This document shows, in pieces, positions 24,171 through 37,517 of a DNA stretch of 64,000 bases. Position 1 is the stretch's first letter. The number at the start of each line of letters is the position of its first letter. The notes under the pieces are model-generated. The model worked only from the letters and a program-made list of their open reading frames with translations, made no database searches and had not been told where the DNA came from. Source of the DNA: Lingula anatina (lineage: Eukaryota; Animalia; Brachiopoda). The position numbers were made by a program, and so were the translations under genes. The DNA is taken from contig CM120644.1 of assembly GCA_051362555.1 (NCBI GenBank), positions 4,410,954 through 4,474,953 of the forward strand, given 5' to 3'.

Positions 24171-26100
24171 TGATAAGAAACCGAGGTCCATGTACCAGTC
24201 TGCTCTCCATTTAATCCACACAGTTTAGGGTGACCTTGACACTACCCCCCCCCCCCTCCCAACTGGGTCCGCTATTTGATTTATCTGTAGTCTTTCTCCG
24301 CGACTGTGGCAACCTACAAACCATGCGCCGCCTCAGGGGAAGCTATCTGCATTACTTTACGCTACAGGCATAGGCAGTATGTGCAAGTGACGGAATTCAA
24401 AACCTACTGCATAGATAGCATCCATAGTTTAGTTGCGATTTACAGCCTATAATATAAAACCACGATCTTTATTTATCAAGCATCTCCCACCACCATACTC
24501 TTTCGACGGTATACAAGTAAAATATAAATAATTAAAATCATGGAGGTATTTATAAAGTTAATGTTTCCTAGGTGAATAAAAGAAATCGATGTCTAATGTG
24601 ACGGGAAAAAACCACGACGTTGACGTCGGCACTCTCATCTATATAGAACTGTCGTGTGTGTACGCGTGTACGGCCCCCTCCCCCTCCCGTCATCTCGTGA
24701 TGTGAATATCAAAACTTCATCTTACCGTACTGGTTAAAACAACCGATAAACCTTTTCCTATGAAGCTCATTGTACATTACGATACCATCAATGTAATAAT
24801 ACTTACTAAGGTCACAGTGCAAATGAAATACAGTACATAGTGTGAAAGTTTACTAAATAAACTGTCAAAGGAACGGCCCACCCATTTTCATGGTTTGGTG
24901 TACATTTTTTTCGAATTGGTTTTGTACATTACTAATCATAAGTTACATTAATTGACTTTCATTAAGGAAAGCTTAAAGATTTATGCTCGCTTGTAACATG
25001 TCAAACCTTTTATAATTTATACCATGAGATGCAATACAACAAACTTTTAATCGTTAACATGAAAGATTTTATTTTCTGCATTCGAAGACGACTACAGACA
25101 GATGAATGTATCGGATAAAAACTTGTCCACTTACCGCTAAAATGTAAAATATTGGTAAAAAAAAGTATATTAAAAAACTAATGGGCGAGTTTAAGTATTA
25201 CTCCGTGCAAAATCAAAACGGAGACGTGCAATGATAGTTTTTGTTACAGTGAGATTATAAGAATGCTGAAGTACCCATTGGTTCACACGGGGGGGGGGGG
25301 GAGGTTCAGCAAAAGTAACAATCCAACCCTAGGGGAACGCTAGAATGGCGTCAGTTTGGTGACGTCAGTAAAGTGATATTATTTTAAAAAGCATTTCGGT
25401 ACTCGACATTTTGTTTGCTGGTGACCACTCACCTATGGAGATCCTTCTCAGTTGATCTACTGGTCAGTTTGGTGACCACTGCCCAGTCGCTGTGTGTTGG
25501 GTTGGTCAGCCCAGCTCAGGTTTTAAATGACACTTAAACGTCCTTGTCCTGTAAACGCATGGCAAACGTTTTCTTCCTACCTGGTTGAAAAAAAAGCAAT
25601 ACATGAATACCACGACCTACTTGTATAGTGTGGTCCAGATATCTACTCTTTATCGGAGACAGTGCTCAGCTGACGACTTTTCTATATGTTTAATGGAAAG
25701 AAATCGTCATACACCTATTGACATATATACATATGCATTTTAACATGTCTGCCTTTCCCATACGATGCGAGAAGCCGTTTTGTTTTACCACCATCATAAT
25801 AAAATGAGCTTGCTTAACCCAATGCACTACATCATAGATTCACTATATTATGCATTCAAGACATTTACTGGTGCTGTATGCATAATATAAAAATGCTCAG
25901 GGATAAGTTATGAAGTAATAATATAATTTTAGGGTATCAGATTCTATAGCAACATGAAGAATAAAATACGCGCCCCTACGCTCACGCCCAGGTATGCACA
26001 CACACACACACACAAACACAAACACACACACACACACGTGCAATGAACACATAGCACTTAGATATCCAACTGTTGGGTTTAAGGCATTGGTAAGCACACC

Positions 26101-26439
26101 CATGTACTAGCTAAGCCTGAGTCCATGTGTTTTTCTACGAAAGAACGTGTTTTCCTCGGCGCTGGACCTGTCACCTACCCACAGGAGTACACGTGTAATG
26201 TTGTTGTCATCTCTTCAGCTACTCGCACTAGTTCAACCCAATTATCGTTTTGCCTAGACACGCTGCACCCGACATTAATAAACATGTAATAACTTCTCTA
26301 ATTGCGCTTCCTTGTCTACGGGCGTTCAAACTATGTCCTGTGGGAGAGAACCTCCTAAACCTCCCTCGTTCACCGGGCATTGCCATTAACAGCGGCTGGG
26401 ACAGCTCCACGCACCAGACGTGGGTTATACTAGTACATG
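26101..26439. mobile_element. Possible small non-autonomous element with short inverted termini
   Basis: catgtactagctaagcc at 26101 versus gggttatactagtacatg ending 26439 (10-bp perfect, about 17-bp imperfect inverted repeat) around a GC-richer core. Confidence 0.3.
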
Positions 26440-27876
26440 TATCTCGTACAAAATCTCCCGTCCGGTGACGTACAGTTATCTTGAGAGTTGGTCACACATC
26501 AAGAACTCTCCATACAACCGGTACCCCTCCCTTCCCTTCCCTTTCCAATTACCTCCCACCACCTGTATTTAGGGTTGTTATAGGCCGTGTGCTAATCGTA
26601 AGACGTGCGACTGGTTATTACCCATGCCGGTGACACGGTCTCACATGGCTTTTTTTTTTCAGTCAAACCATGCATCACCAGCATTTATATCTTTATAGAA
26701 CCCCGTTAGCCATAAAGGCAACGTATCTGTCATACTTATTTTAATCTTCAAATCAGGGTTTATTTGGTAGGCCACAAAAAACTTTCCGATTGCGACGGTC
26801 TGGGCACGGAAAATGGGAGTAGCGTCCCACTGGTTAGAAGGGAGTTTTCCACTTGTATATATAGGTCAATGCATCCAGTATCATGGGGAATCAATAATTA
26901 CCTGAAAGACCACGGAAAAGCTACTCATACCTGTTTGTCTGGCTTGCTTATCCTGGGCGTCACCGCCCCTGTACGTCTGTCCTTATTTTCCTTAATTTCT
27001 CCCGCTATTAATTGTCAAAATAGTAGCAGCATCAGAACAAGTTGTCCTTCCATCGCATAGTTGAGGAGTTCGTCATGCACTTCGCGGCACAGGTAGTATA
27101 AACAAGCGTGGAGTTCCTTTCAACACACTGTATGGGTTGGCCCCGCGGTGCTACTATACAAAAGGGCGTTTACGATTGGGGCTTGCGAGACGCAAATATG
27201 CTAATGGCGGATTTTGAAATCTCGCAAATGCTGGACTCATAACAACACATTTTTATTCTGTCCGTTAATGTCTTTGAAATGTTACAATCTATCTTCCTAT
27301 GACTTTGATAATTAGTCGAAAACGGCACGCTTATTTGTCCGCTGTTTTCATGAAGTGTGCGATTTTGTAAAATTTAAGAATCTTTTTTGCTTTGGAATCA
27401 ACATCGTGCCCGTAAAGTACAAATATGTCCCTTTTTTCATAAGACCTATGACCTTTGTTAGTTGCACCACAGAAAAATAATAAACCGGCAAATGACCACT
27501 TAAACGGCATTGTTATAATAGAGCGCATTGTGAAGCAGACAGATTTGTTGAAAGAAAGGGGGGATATGAACAGAGATTAAATCAACTGCTGACCCGTGCG
27601 GTGAAGGCACGTGTGGAACCCCGCCATTGTCCCGTGGTATAAAATGTGTCATTTTGCGGTCCCGCAGTAGACCAAGGACACTGATGGCGACACTGTATGG
27701 CATGGTGTGTCCGTGGACTAGGGGAAGTGATTAAGGTGTGTGTGGTCACGGCGTTGATGGGTATCCTGAGCTAATGGAGGATCGGAGAGGCGAGGTGGTT
27801 GATAGAAGAAAGGGTGATGCTGCCGTCCTTTGATGGAGGAAGATCAAGGTAAAGATTTGGCTGTGTTTATACATGT

Positions 27877-27878
<2 letters not shown>

Positions 27879-27975
<97 letters not shown>
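27879..27975. repeat. Compound (CT)n-(AC)n-(AG)n microsatellite
   Basis: Read directly. Other simple repeats: (AAT)n 924-953, 10272-10313, 18495-18540; (GT)n 1710-1746, 40858-40915; (AT)n 17612-17642, 43179-43228; (ATCT)n 23460-23497; (ATTT)n 30085-30124; (AAAT)n 55576-55626; (CG)n(AC)n 59429-59498. Confidence 0.95.
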
Positions 27976-30083
27976 TTTTCGTTTATTCAACTTTAAAATC
28001 GTTAATGGATTGCCTATTCTACATCAATATTATAAAAGTCAAAACTCGTGTAAACTCTCTAGTTTCACATGTGATAAATATATAACTGGGCTCATATCAC
28101 CACAGAAGTGTACTAGTAAATGTAGCGCCGAATTTCACGTGAGTATATTTTATCAAAAAGTAGTTTTAATAGGGGCTTTTTCGGGTGTTGGTGGGTTCTA
28201 CTACGTCACTCTTCAAGAAACGAAGTATATATGTCTCTTGTACACCCACCACCCACCCACCCCAGTACAAGAGAACACACCCGCTCTGAAATTGTTAAAT
28301 GTCACACCTTCACCCCCTCTCACTTTCCGTCCCTTGCTGCTGTCACAAACCTGTCTACTCGTCTCATTCACAGTCGTTTACATAATGACAACGTCAACTA
28401 GCCTAAGGACTCTGCCAACATGCCTTTGGTTTAATGAAAGTACAGGGTAATCCGGGACTTTCTTCCCAAGTACCACCTCTGTGCCACCAGGTGTCCCAAA
28501 AGTCTGGATACGTAGCTGGGGTGTATATTTATGATAAAAAAATTGTATCTAATGAGGACATCAATTATTTCATCTTCAGAATGTTTTCCACAATTTGGGA
28601 AGCTAAATGTGGTGTAAAAGCATGCAGTCTGTGGGCCAAAGTTTCGTAAATAGCTATATGTCTTGTGCCCAGACTTAAGGCACACCCTGCAGTGGGAGTG
28701 AAATCACACAGGTTCTACTATAATACAATTCCATTATAAATTTCGTGGGGATTAATCATACTTAAAGAAACAAAGGACATAGGATTATTGGCCTAAATAG
28801 TAAATTAACCACGCCCTTTATTACACCCTGTCAGAGGCCAGCCGGATAATGAGTCATTTTTGTACAATTATCTTTTTTTACCAAGTACAGAAATATGCCC
28901 AAAGTAGCCAGAAAAAAATATCTGTGAATATCAAGTGAAAAGATATATGTTTGTGACCTTGGTAAATGTAGAGTTTATGAACCGGTTCATGTAAAGCAAT
29001 TTTGTAAGATGACCAGAAAGCACGCTCGAGTAAAACCTTTTCAATACAGGGACATAAGAAGTTGAAATTTAAAACCGAATAAGCGATCAAAATACGTTCT
29101 ATTGGAGTTAAGCTCGCCATTAACCTTCCTTCGTTACATTCATAAAAGGCACGGAGAAGATCGCACACGTTATTTCTAGTAATAATTTCAATAATCATTC
29201 AAGCAACAGACACACTTACGCTATTTATACTTCTTCTCCAATGCACTACACTTCAGTGTCAAACAAGGGACTTACAACAGAAAAAGGAAGATGTCTACTT
29301 CCTTGATCAGAGACGGGTCTTGAGGTAGACAATGGGAAAGAAATAACTATTTTAAGAAGTCTAGCTGTTGGTTAAATAAACCATCATTGTAACGTTTACA
29401 TGCATAACTCAGTACAAGTGATGAAATTCTTAGCTACACGATGCAGCGTTGTGTAGATACGGGTATATATTAAGACAAACATCAGCCTATTCACACCCTC
29501 GTAGGATGTTTTATTGTGACTTTTTATTTACACCAACGCATAAAACATTGTACAGAACAACAGGTATTTGGCAGGTACCACTTACTGTCAATCCTAGTCG
29601 AGCTGCTCTGTGTAGCTGCCATATAAGCTATGCCACATAAACTATCGCCATAGTCATTATTATGTCAATTACGTCACTTAACACTCACAGGGCAGGATCA
29701 TTGCCCGGGCCGGCTAAACGTATCCAGTTTTTTTCTTTACTGAAATCGACTCCCCTCTATATTAAAAGGAAAAAAAACAACTAAATATCTACATAGACGG
29801 AGATTAACGACCACGCTCTCTCAATTTTTCTAAAAAAAAAATAATAATAATAACAAAAACAAACAAACAAAACTGCGCATGCCTGTGTGTCCTTTTCACA
29901 TAACAGCATAACAAAGAGTTCTCCCCTAGACTAAAGTTAGACTTATTGAAGTGAGTGATGAGGGTAAGAAGGTATCGTCTTTCTTTAGGTACAGTTTCCT
30001 TTCCACTAATGTCACCTGTCATTGATCACTGGGGCCCGGTTTTACAAAAATATATATAAAGAAAGAAATACCTAAAGTTGGGC

Positions 30084-30122
<39 letters not shown>

Positions 30123-33100
30123 TTTCGGTACAAGTACATTTTTACAATTGCTGAATAAACCATCTAATAATAGTTTATTCAACTGTATACCTAAAATTAC
30201 GATAACGTTTCTAAAATAATCTTCACAAAGACTGCACATATATGAAGACGTTGAGACCAAAGCTTTCAGTCTACTCTGGACGAAGCTGAATCAAAAGTAA
30301 TCCACCTTAATAGAATATTCGCCTGTTTCACGAAAAGAAAGGAAAGACTTATTCTTAAGACCTGCGGCTACTTAATTTTAATGGACTGCATACTCATATA
30401 CTCTACATTTATCCTTTTTGTGTCTCGAATTAAAGACCACTCTTTGGTGAATTTTGACCGTGCTACTATTAATCACTGCTAGATCCTGGATATCTCTGGC
30501 TTAGGGCAGGTTGGAAGGGAGGGGGGAGGGGTGTCATTACCCTCTGATATCAAGAGTTTCTTAAATATTCCACAAGATTAACGTATGTGAGATACAAAAC
30601 TTTTGTAGCAGACTACCAGCGCACCCTGTGGCCAACGAGTAGGAAGTCACCAGACTGCAGGAAACCTGGTCGTTGAAGTGTTTTGATCCGTTGTGAAGGA
30701 TTTTTGTTTAAATTGTTTTCATGACGCTTGTTCTCGACACTTTTCATGATTGCCATCGTTAGGTATGGTGATGATTTATCATTCTAAAATACGATCAATT
30801 TCAGTAATTTTGAATTATCAAAGAAAAAAAAATTAAGGCATAATATGCCAGGGCCACCCTGTACTGTCGTGTCGCAATCTTGTTTGTTCCTCTTCCATCT
30901 AACCATGCTTCCTCTGTGTTTATCAAATCACGAAAATCTCGTTGTACAACATAAAATGATTCTGATATCTTTTTTCCTTTCCAAGCGTTAATTCTTCAAC
31001 ATGTCGCAGTCAAAGACAGTCAAAGTACGGAGTAGCTAGATCCTGGAGCGTTCGAGTCACGCTTTTTTTTTTTTTTTTTTTTTTTTTTTTGTGGATCCAA
31101 GTCACAACTGAGTGAACGGCTCAGTTATAAATATAACTTCTACTGGTACTGGTACATCGAGATATCTTCAAATTTGAAGAAAGGTTGTGACGTAATAAAC
31201 ACACACTTCAATTTGCTAACTGAAATTGCCGAGGTGTAAAAGACAGGTGTCAACGAGCCCCTGCCTGCTTAATTTGGAATGTTCACGCCAAGCTAATTGC
31301 AGGACCCGCTAAGTTAATGATTCTAATGATTCTCAATCAAGCAATTTCATGGCATGACGCTAACCAGGGTGCAGTTTTCTTCATGGCTCCCGTGAAACGA
31401 CGGTCCACAATAGCTGAATGAATAAGCTGAAACAAGGGCTCCTTTATGACAAATAGCGTAAGCCTCGTCACTTATAGTTTCCAAAAGAATGCTGGATATA
31501 ACGGACATTTCGACGGACCCGGGGAAGAAAGAGAAACAAAAATTTTAAAGCAGCGTCCGAGAAATACGAGCGGAGTAAGGTATTTCGCCCAGATGCTAAC
31601 TGCGATTAAATTAAATGGTTAACCAGAAAGAATCAACTATTGTAAATAATTAAATTCATCAGAATAATCGCCGGAATGTATATGGGATTATTTTAGCTTG
31701 AGAAAATAATCAATTCGCATTTGTGGGGAGAGAGACAATGAATATGTGGACTAAAATAGAAAAATTAAGTTGCAGGGAAGTGGCCTTGATCTTATCACAT
31801 AAAATATCGCCTGCCAGTGACAACTACCGCTTATCTTTCTAGGCTGATGATAATGAGCAACGGTCTTAGATTATATTAACACGCATCATAACTTCACTAG
31901 GTGTAATAATATCCAAGCGGAAATACATATCAATGAGGTTTCAGGATGGCGCCGCTGCATGTATGAAGGAAATGCTAGTTGTCGGTGTGGCATTTTTGTT
32001 TTAACTATGAACTGTAGATAGGTCAATGCATTGGACGAGCAAAATGGTAATGTAGGCCTATCAAGTAAACTCAATGTATGCGTTAGACTATATTTTTCTT
32101 TATGTTTAATGGAATTATTTTTTACAGTACACGGAATATGACAACTTCATCTTGCACCAGTATATATAACTTCTGTGATCAGTGCATATATGAAAAGAGG
32201 AGGGAGAATTGGAAGCATAAAAAATGTCACTTGCCTAAAGAAAAACACGTTTTTTTGTCTTTTTTTTTTTGTTTATTTATTTATTAATTTTTTCATTTTA
32301 TTTATTTATTTTATTTTTTGTTGATGTTGTTGTTGTTACCTAAAAAGTCAGTGTATTCTAAGATACTAGACAATTAAAATTGAAAGCTTGCAAGACCGAC
32401 AAGATCACGACAGATACCAAAGGAAATGAGCATTTCCTTAAAATTACGGCGTACTGGTAGTTATAAGTGTAAAAAAAAAGAACGACATTAGCGTGACACT
32501 GGTGACTTAAATTCAGTATATCTATTATTTGATGTGGGGAGATATGACCGCCGATTGTACACAGGCGTATGTATTCTGCGTAAATTAACTTAACCGATTT
32601 TATCGAAATATCAAGCGCTTAAGGTGATTGCCGCCCTTTCCGCCTAGTGTTTGCACAAAAAACGTGTCTAAACTACCACGACGTCTCTTACATCTCAAGC
32701 CATATAATGTCCAGTTTTATAGGCGCACGGGATTGGCACACAAATTGTACTTTGGACAAGGATCATGTCATGGAAAATATCATTATACATGGACCATTTT
32801 AAAATTCTATGATGGTAGCCTAAAGTGATGAAAAATTGCTTTGCTTTATTTTTATAGGAAGAAGGGGAACACACATGCCCCCCCCCCCCACCCCCCCACC
32901 CCCCCACCCCCCACCCCCACCCCCCCCCCACCCCCGGCACACTGTTGATCTGCACCCCTAGCCTATTTTTCGGGAGTTGAACTACGGAGTCGGCCTTCGT
33001 AAAAAGCAAACAAAATCTGTCATCAGTCAAACAATAAATCATTTAAGTGTCCTAAATGTCCACTTACTGGGTCTTCGTGATACTCTCAGATTCAAAAAGT

Positions 33101-34153
33101 CGCTGAAAATGCCTTAATCACGTAGCCATTAAGGTTCTATCTCATAGAATAGAAAGATGGACGGCCGTATTAGAGTGTCACGGCTCCTCCGTATTTCATC
33201 TCGTAAGATATAAAGTGTCAGTGATATATCAAAAAAAGACACATCTTTCTTATTATATACCGCATCAGGAAACTTAATCAGGAAAAGACATCAGTTCATA
33301 GAGTGATTTATTGACTTTATCTTCCTGCGAAGAGTGTGTATTACGTTTTATAATTCAGAGTTCATAAGTTTATAGGCCGCTTGATTCTCGCCATGGCGAC
33401 ATTAAGATTATTAAAAAAAAAAGAGAAACAAAGACTAGCGTGTCTTCGTCCCACCACATATATAAATTGGCTATACGAAGAATATGCCGTAGGTCCCTTT
33501 TTAATTTTTTCTTGCATGGTGATGTTTAAATTTAAATGAAAGACAAAGAGGAGGGGAGAGCGCCCCCTATCAGTCCTGCTACATGTGGTCCTGGCCTACA
33601 AGCAGTTACAATAAGTCTGCTCCAGTGTCATTTCTTCAAACCACTGGGACTGTGTGCCCCTGGTCGTCTCCATTGCACAAGGAACGCCGTTACAATTTAT
33701 GGGTTTAAGTCTTCGTTGATTTATCTATTTTTCGTTTATTTATCTTCTTTTTTTTTGGGGGGGGGGGGGGGGGTTCTCATTTTTTATCAAATACAAATGG
33801 ACGCACATACACATACTTGCATGTACACGACAATACAAAATGTTATATATAACTTTAGTGCAAAATATTTAAAATGTAGTAGTTATGTTGAAATAAATAC
33901 ATGAAAACAATTTTGTATACTCATTTCCATAAACGGATTGAAGCCTAATTTGTGTGACTTTTACTATTTTCTCCTACTTATATATTCTACGCTGTTGTAT
34001 GAATATAATCATATCTGACTAATTTTATACAAGAGAATATATGCTAAAGAGCTGAGATTAGTAATAATGCTAATGTGTAAATATGCCCAATATATTCTAA
34101 ACATCACCACTTATATTTCAGGTGGAGCGTGTGAAACAACAGACAAGTTCACC

Positions 34154-35593
34154 ATGTTAAAACAACTGACCAGACTTCAACGATGGAAATATGGTCGTCT
34201 TCTGCTTCTCGTCATTTGCTTTATCTTATCAGGGAATTTATTATTCCGAGGACTTACATATCAAGGCATACCTTCAACGACGATCCAGAAAGAGGGCGGT
34301 ATCAGAAAGGAAAGCCGCCTGATAGAGAGCGGGTCACATGACACGGGCCTAGTCGATGATGGCGAATTCGCGCATGCCCAGACGCTTGCCGGTGCTGTTT
34401 TCAAACAACACGCCATGTCGGACGAACTACTTACAAAAGTCGTCGTTTCTGTACCTCATTCCTTTTCTCCCACAACAGAACAAACTGTCGCCAAAATGTT
34501 CTCCGACGACCTCAACGAAAACATATATCACGGAATCGCCCCGGCAATCACGTGGGCGGACGACGAGATTATCGTGGTGCAACGTCTGTGGCTGGTGCAA
34601 TTTGAACACAGCGTGTACTACAAAACGGAGAAGCAACTGCGGAACACGTGGCACGAAAGTTATTTCTACACCCAGAAATTCAACAAAAACTACGAACCAA
34701 CGACTAAAGGGGAGTTGATGGGTATCCCCGTCCCGTCTAACTCTCAGTTTGATTACCGCTCCGACGGACCCATGGACCCACGGCTGATATGGGTGAACGG
34801 GACACTATACGTCAGCTTCCACATCTGGATCTGGGACGACAAAGACAAAGCCAGCAGAGGGCGCATGCATCTTTGGAACTGCCAGGAAAATTCCATTAAA
34901 AGATTAAATGTCAGGGATTACGATTTTCTAGTGGTTGAGATTAACTGGGCGCCATTGGAGATCAACGGGTCGCTGTATTATATATACACTCTGGATCCCT
35001 TTAGGGTGCTAAAATGTGAGCCGTCCACGGGCGACTGTCATTTTGTTGTGAATGACAGTCCCGATAACAACCGTTTTGAGTACAATAGAGAACATTTGCG
35101 CGGTGGGTCGCCATTTTTGTTGTACAAATGGCCTTATTACATAGGTATGGCTCACTCTGTGATCGTCTCTCAGACACCCAAAGAGAACTTTGGCATATAC
35201 AACACGCACCTTGTCATCATATCAGTTGAACCAACATTCCGTATAGTATATGTCAGCGCTCAAATCCAGTTCAAGGAAAAATTTCTGAACCAGTTTCCGA
35301 TTGCGCGCCCATACGCGCAGATGAGGCCTTTCGTTTTCCCGGTCGGTATAATATTTAGAAACGATGACGTCATCGATGTTGGTGCTCACTTGAACGACAA
35401 TAGTGGTTACGTCATACGCTTGCGAGGGATAAGAACGTTGGTGCGTGATGCCATTGCTTTAGACAAACACCATGGACGTAGAAGTAGACCCTCGCCTTTA
35501 GTTGTCAACGGATACGTGAGATCACGGCTAAAGAGTGCAAATCGAGATATGACGTTCAAAGGAGAAGAATTTTACAAAGATCTGGGCCACTAA
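34154..35593 (+). CDS. Type II membrane protein with a five-bladed beta-propeller glyco-enzyme domain resembling fungal beta-1,2-mannosyltransferases (Bmt/GT91; GH130/GT108-related fold); 479 aa, single coding exon
   Basis: Acceptor ttatatttcag at 34111-34121, then ACCATG at 34151-34156. Basic N-tail plus TM helix (RWKYGRLLLLVICFILSGNLLF), a stem, then DGPMDPRL, VEINWAPL, LYYIYTLDPFRVLKC-x5-C, HLRGGSP, YIGMAHS. These match the GPEDPR / EKNW-PF / Y-Y-PL-VLKC / LRGG(T/S) pattern. AATAAA at 35723-35728. Confidence 0.7.
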   Translation: MLKQLTRLQRWKYGRLLLLVICFILSGNLLFRGLTYQGIPSTTIQKEGGIRKESRLIESGSHDTGLVDDGEFAHAQTLAGAVFKQHAMSDELLTKVVVSVPHSFSPTTEQTVAKMFSDDLNENIYHGIAPAITWADDEIIVVQRLWLVQFEHSVYYKTEKQLRNTWHESYFYTQKFNKNYEPTTKGELMGIPVPSNSQFDYRSDGPMDPRLIWVNGTLYVSFHIWIWDDKDKASRGRMHLWNCQENSIKRLNVRDYDFLVVEINWAPLEINGSLYYIYTLDPFRVLKCEPSTGDCHFVVNDSPDNNRFEYNREHLRGGSPFLLYKWPYYIGMAHSVIVSQTPKENFGIYNTHLVIISVEPTFRIVYVSAQIQFKEKFLNQFPIARPYAQMRPFVFPVGIIFRNDDVIDVGAHLNDNSGYVIRLRGIRTLVRDAIALDKHHGRRSRPSPLVVNGYVRSRLKSANRDMTFKGEEFYKDLGH

Positions 35594-36540
35594 AACTGTC
35601 GGCACTAATTTCAAAACGAGCGAATGGAATGTTTGTGATGCGTATAAATCCAGTATTTACACTGTGGCATTTTTTCACTGTCTCTTCTTTAATGGTGATG
35701 AAAGGTTAGCTGTTTCTTGAAGAATAAAGTGTGTTCTGTTTATGCCTTGGGGCGAAACGTCAAACCTCGTAGGTAAAAACAAGCTCAGCTTCTTCACAAA
35801 CAAGTTTCTTTCTTGCCACTATTCATACTGTTAGTTTTTGTTTGATGAGTTATTTTTTTCTTTGCACATTTGACACTGTCAGAGGATTATTATTATTATT
35901 ATTATTATTATTATTTGTTTGTTTGTTTGTTTGTTTGTTTGATTAAGATGTGAATTATATATTTGAACATAAGGAAGGTCAGTCGACAAATTTCCAGTGG
36001 CATTAAGAAATCTCATGTGATAATCTTACAATTTAAAAGTAAGGTTACTTAAAATAATGGATATCGAATGTATCATTTGAAATACTTTACTAGCTGAAAG
36101 GTACAAGATGATCACTAAATTTTGTTTGTTGATTTGCTTGTGTTGACACAATGAAGTATATGGCTACATTTAGTTAAATTATGTAATAATAAATCTCAAA
36201 TGCGCGTTGTTTGAATTGAAGAAATTGTTTTTGTTTTACTGCAGAACGAGTTATTCGTATAAAATCACCTATATAAACAAACGTACATGTAATAAGATAT
36301 TAAATGTAACAACACAAAGATGTAAACAACCACTTCCTGAATTGTCAAGAAAGAAAACAAACTTACTTTATCATTTTACTCAACAACAATTTGTACCGTT
36401 ACTAGGTATTTCGATTCATAATTTTATTATATGTAATAATTCTATAATATTCTCCGATTTTTGGTTGGACTGTTAACTGCATTGACAAAGCACTACCTTT
36501 ATAATTACGTGTTTGTGGCCGGTTACTCATAGAATTAAAG

Positions 36541-36675
36541 CCACTGGGCGGCGTCCTTTCTGCGTCTCGTAATAGGGCCCCGTTTGAAAGTAAAAAAATA
36601 CTTTACGTGCCGACAAATGGCCGATCTCTGAGCATTCATTCTGCAACCAAAGCGATCCAGTGTCCAAGGGGGTTT
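36541..36675. mobile_element. Internally deleted, diverged copy of the 14149-14371 MITE
   Basis: Shares cactgg(a/g)cggcgtcctttctgcgt, ggcccc(a/g)tttga(g/a)agt, atactttacgtgccgacaa(c/a)tggccgatc and the tccagtgt...aagggggt end. Confidence 0.75.
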
Positions 36676-37517
36676 AAATAACATAAAAACTGGTTTTAAC
36701 TTTAAGATTTTTAATCTGCTTTGACCCATTAACCAAATAACGGTTGGTCCACGTTTGACCTAAGACAGAACAGTAATAGTCTGTTTAAATACAATATTGC
36801 ACGTTTTCTGCAAACAAAGACAAGGCTATTGTTTCATAACAACAACTACGTTGTTTTAAGTCAACTACTACGCCTTCACCCCTGAATGGAAGTAAACCAA
36901 AATGCAATTTTCAGTTTTGAGACGACCCCCGTGTTATTATGAACAGTAATTGTCGACAATGAACTCTTAACTTCTGAGCGACGACCGTGACCAAAATCTG
37001 TCAAAACTTGAAAACCAAATTGCATGGGATGACGAGTAATTGTAGTGATTTATTACACTTGCGTGAGTATTATAGGAGAGAAAAAGGAGGAAGGAAAGAG
37101 GAAGGGAAAAAGAAACAACTCTTTTTCGCGTGGGAATGAAAATATGTGAATTGACCTCGTCTTTCGAAAATATATTTTGAGGTATTGAACTTAAGCTATA
37201 GCACGTCTCGAAAATTTGTTCATATTACAAGTTTCCGCCTTGTTCTGGCCTATATACGTACAGCACGGTAAGCTGCGACTGAGACACGAACGCGCTTCAA
37301 CACGAACATGCACGCACACAAGCCTAAACTGTATAATGTACATTTCCAGATGTACGCTGTGCCCCATTTAGTCCTCATTGCAAAACCACCTGGCATGGGT
37401 TACCTTTATAAACCGTATATACCTACGGTGCATCACTCGGTGGAGATACAACAATTTGACCTTGTTTTATTATCTGGCTGGAGCTTTGAAATATTAGGGA
37501 AAAAATCCCCGACAGAA

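Noticed and set aside
27746-28450. 206-aa and 68-aa ORFs containing SLSLSL / ERERER runs
   Set aside because: Translations of microsatellite; no domain or splice support.
34067-34153. First 29 codons of the 508-aa ORF
   Set aside because: They span an intron end (ttatatttcag at 34111-34121). ACCATG at 34154 gives a normal type II membrane N-terminus.
20103-35593. Bacterial or fungal contamination as the source of the microbial-type glyco-genes
   Set aside because: Both genes have spliceosomal acceptors/donors, Kozak-like starts and membrane anchors, and are contiguous with animal genes and the same repeat families.
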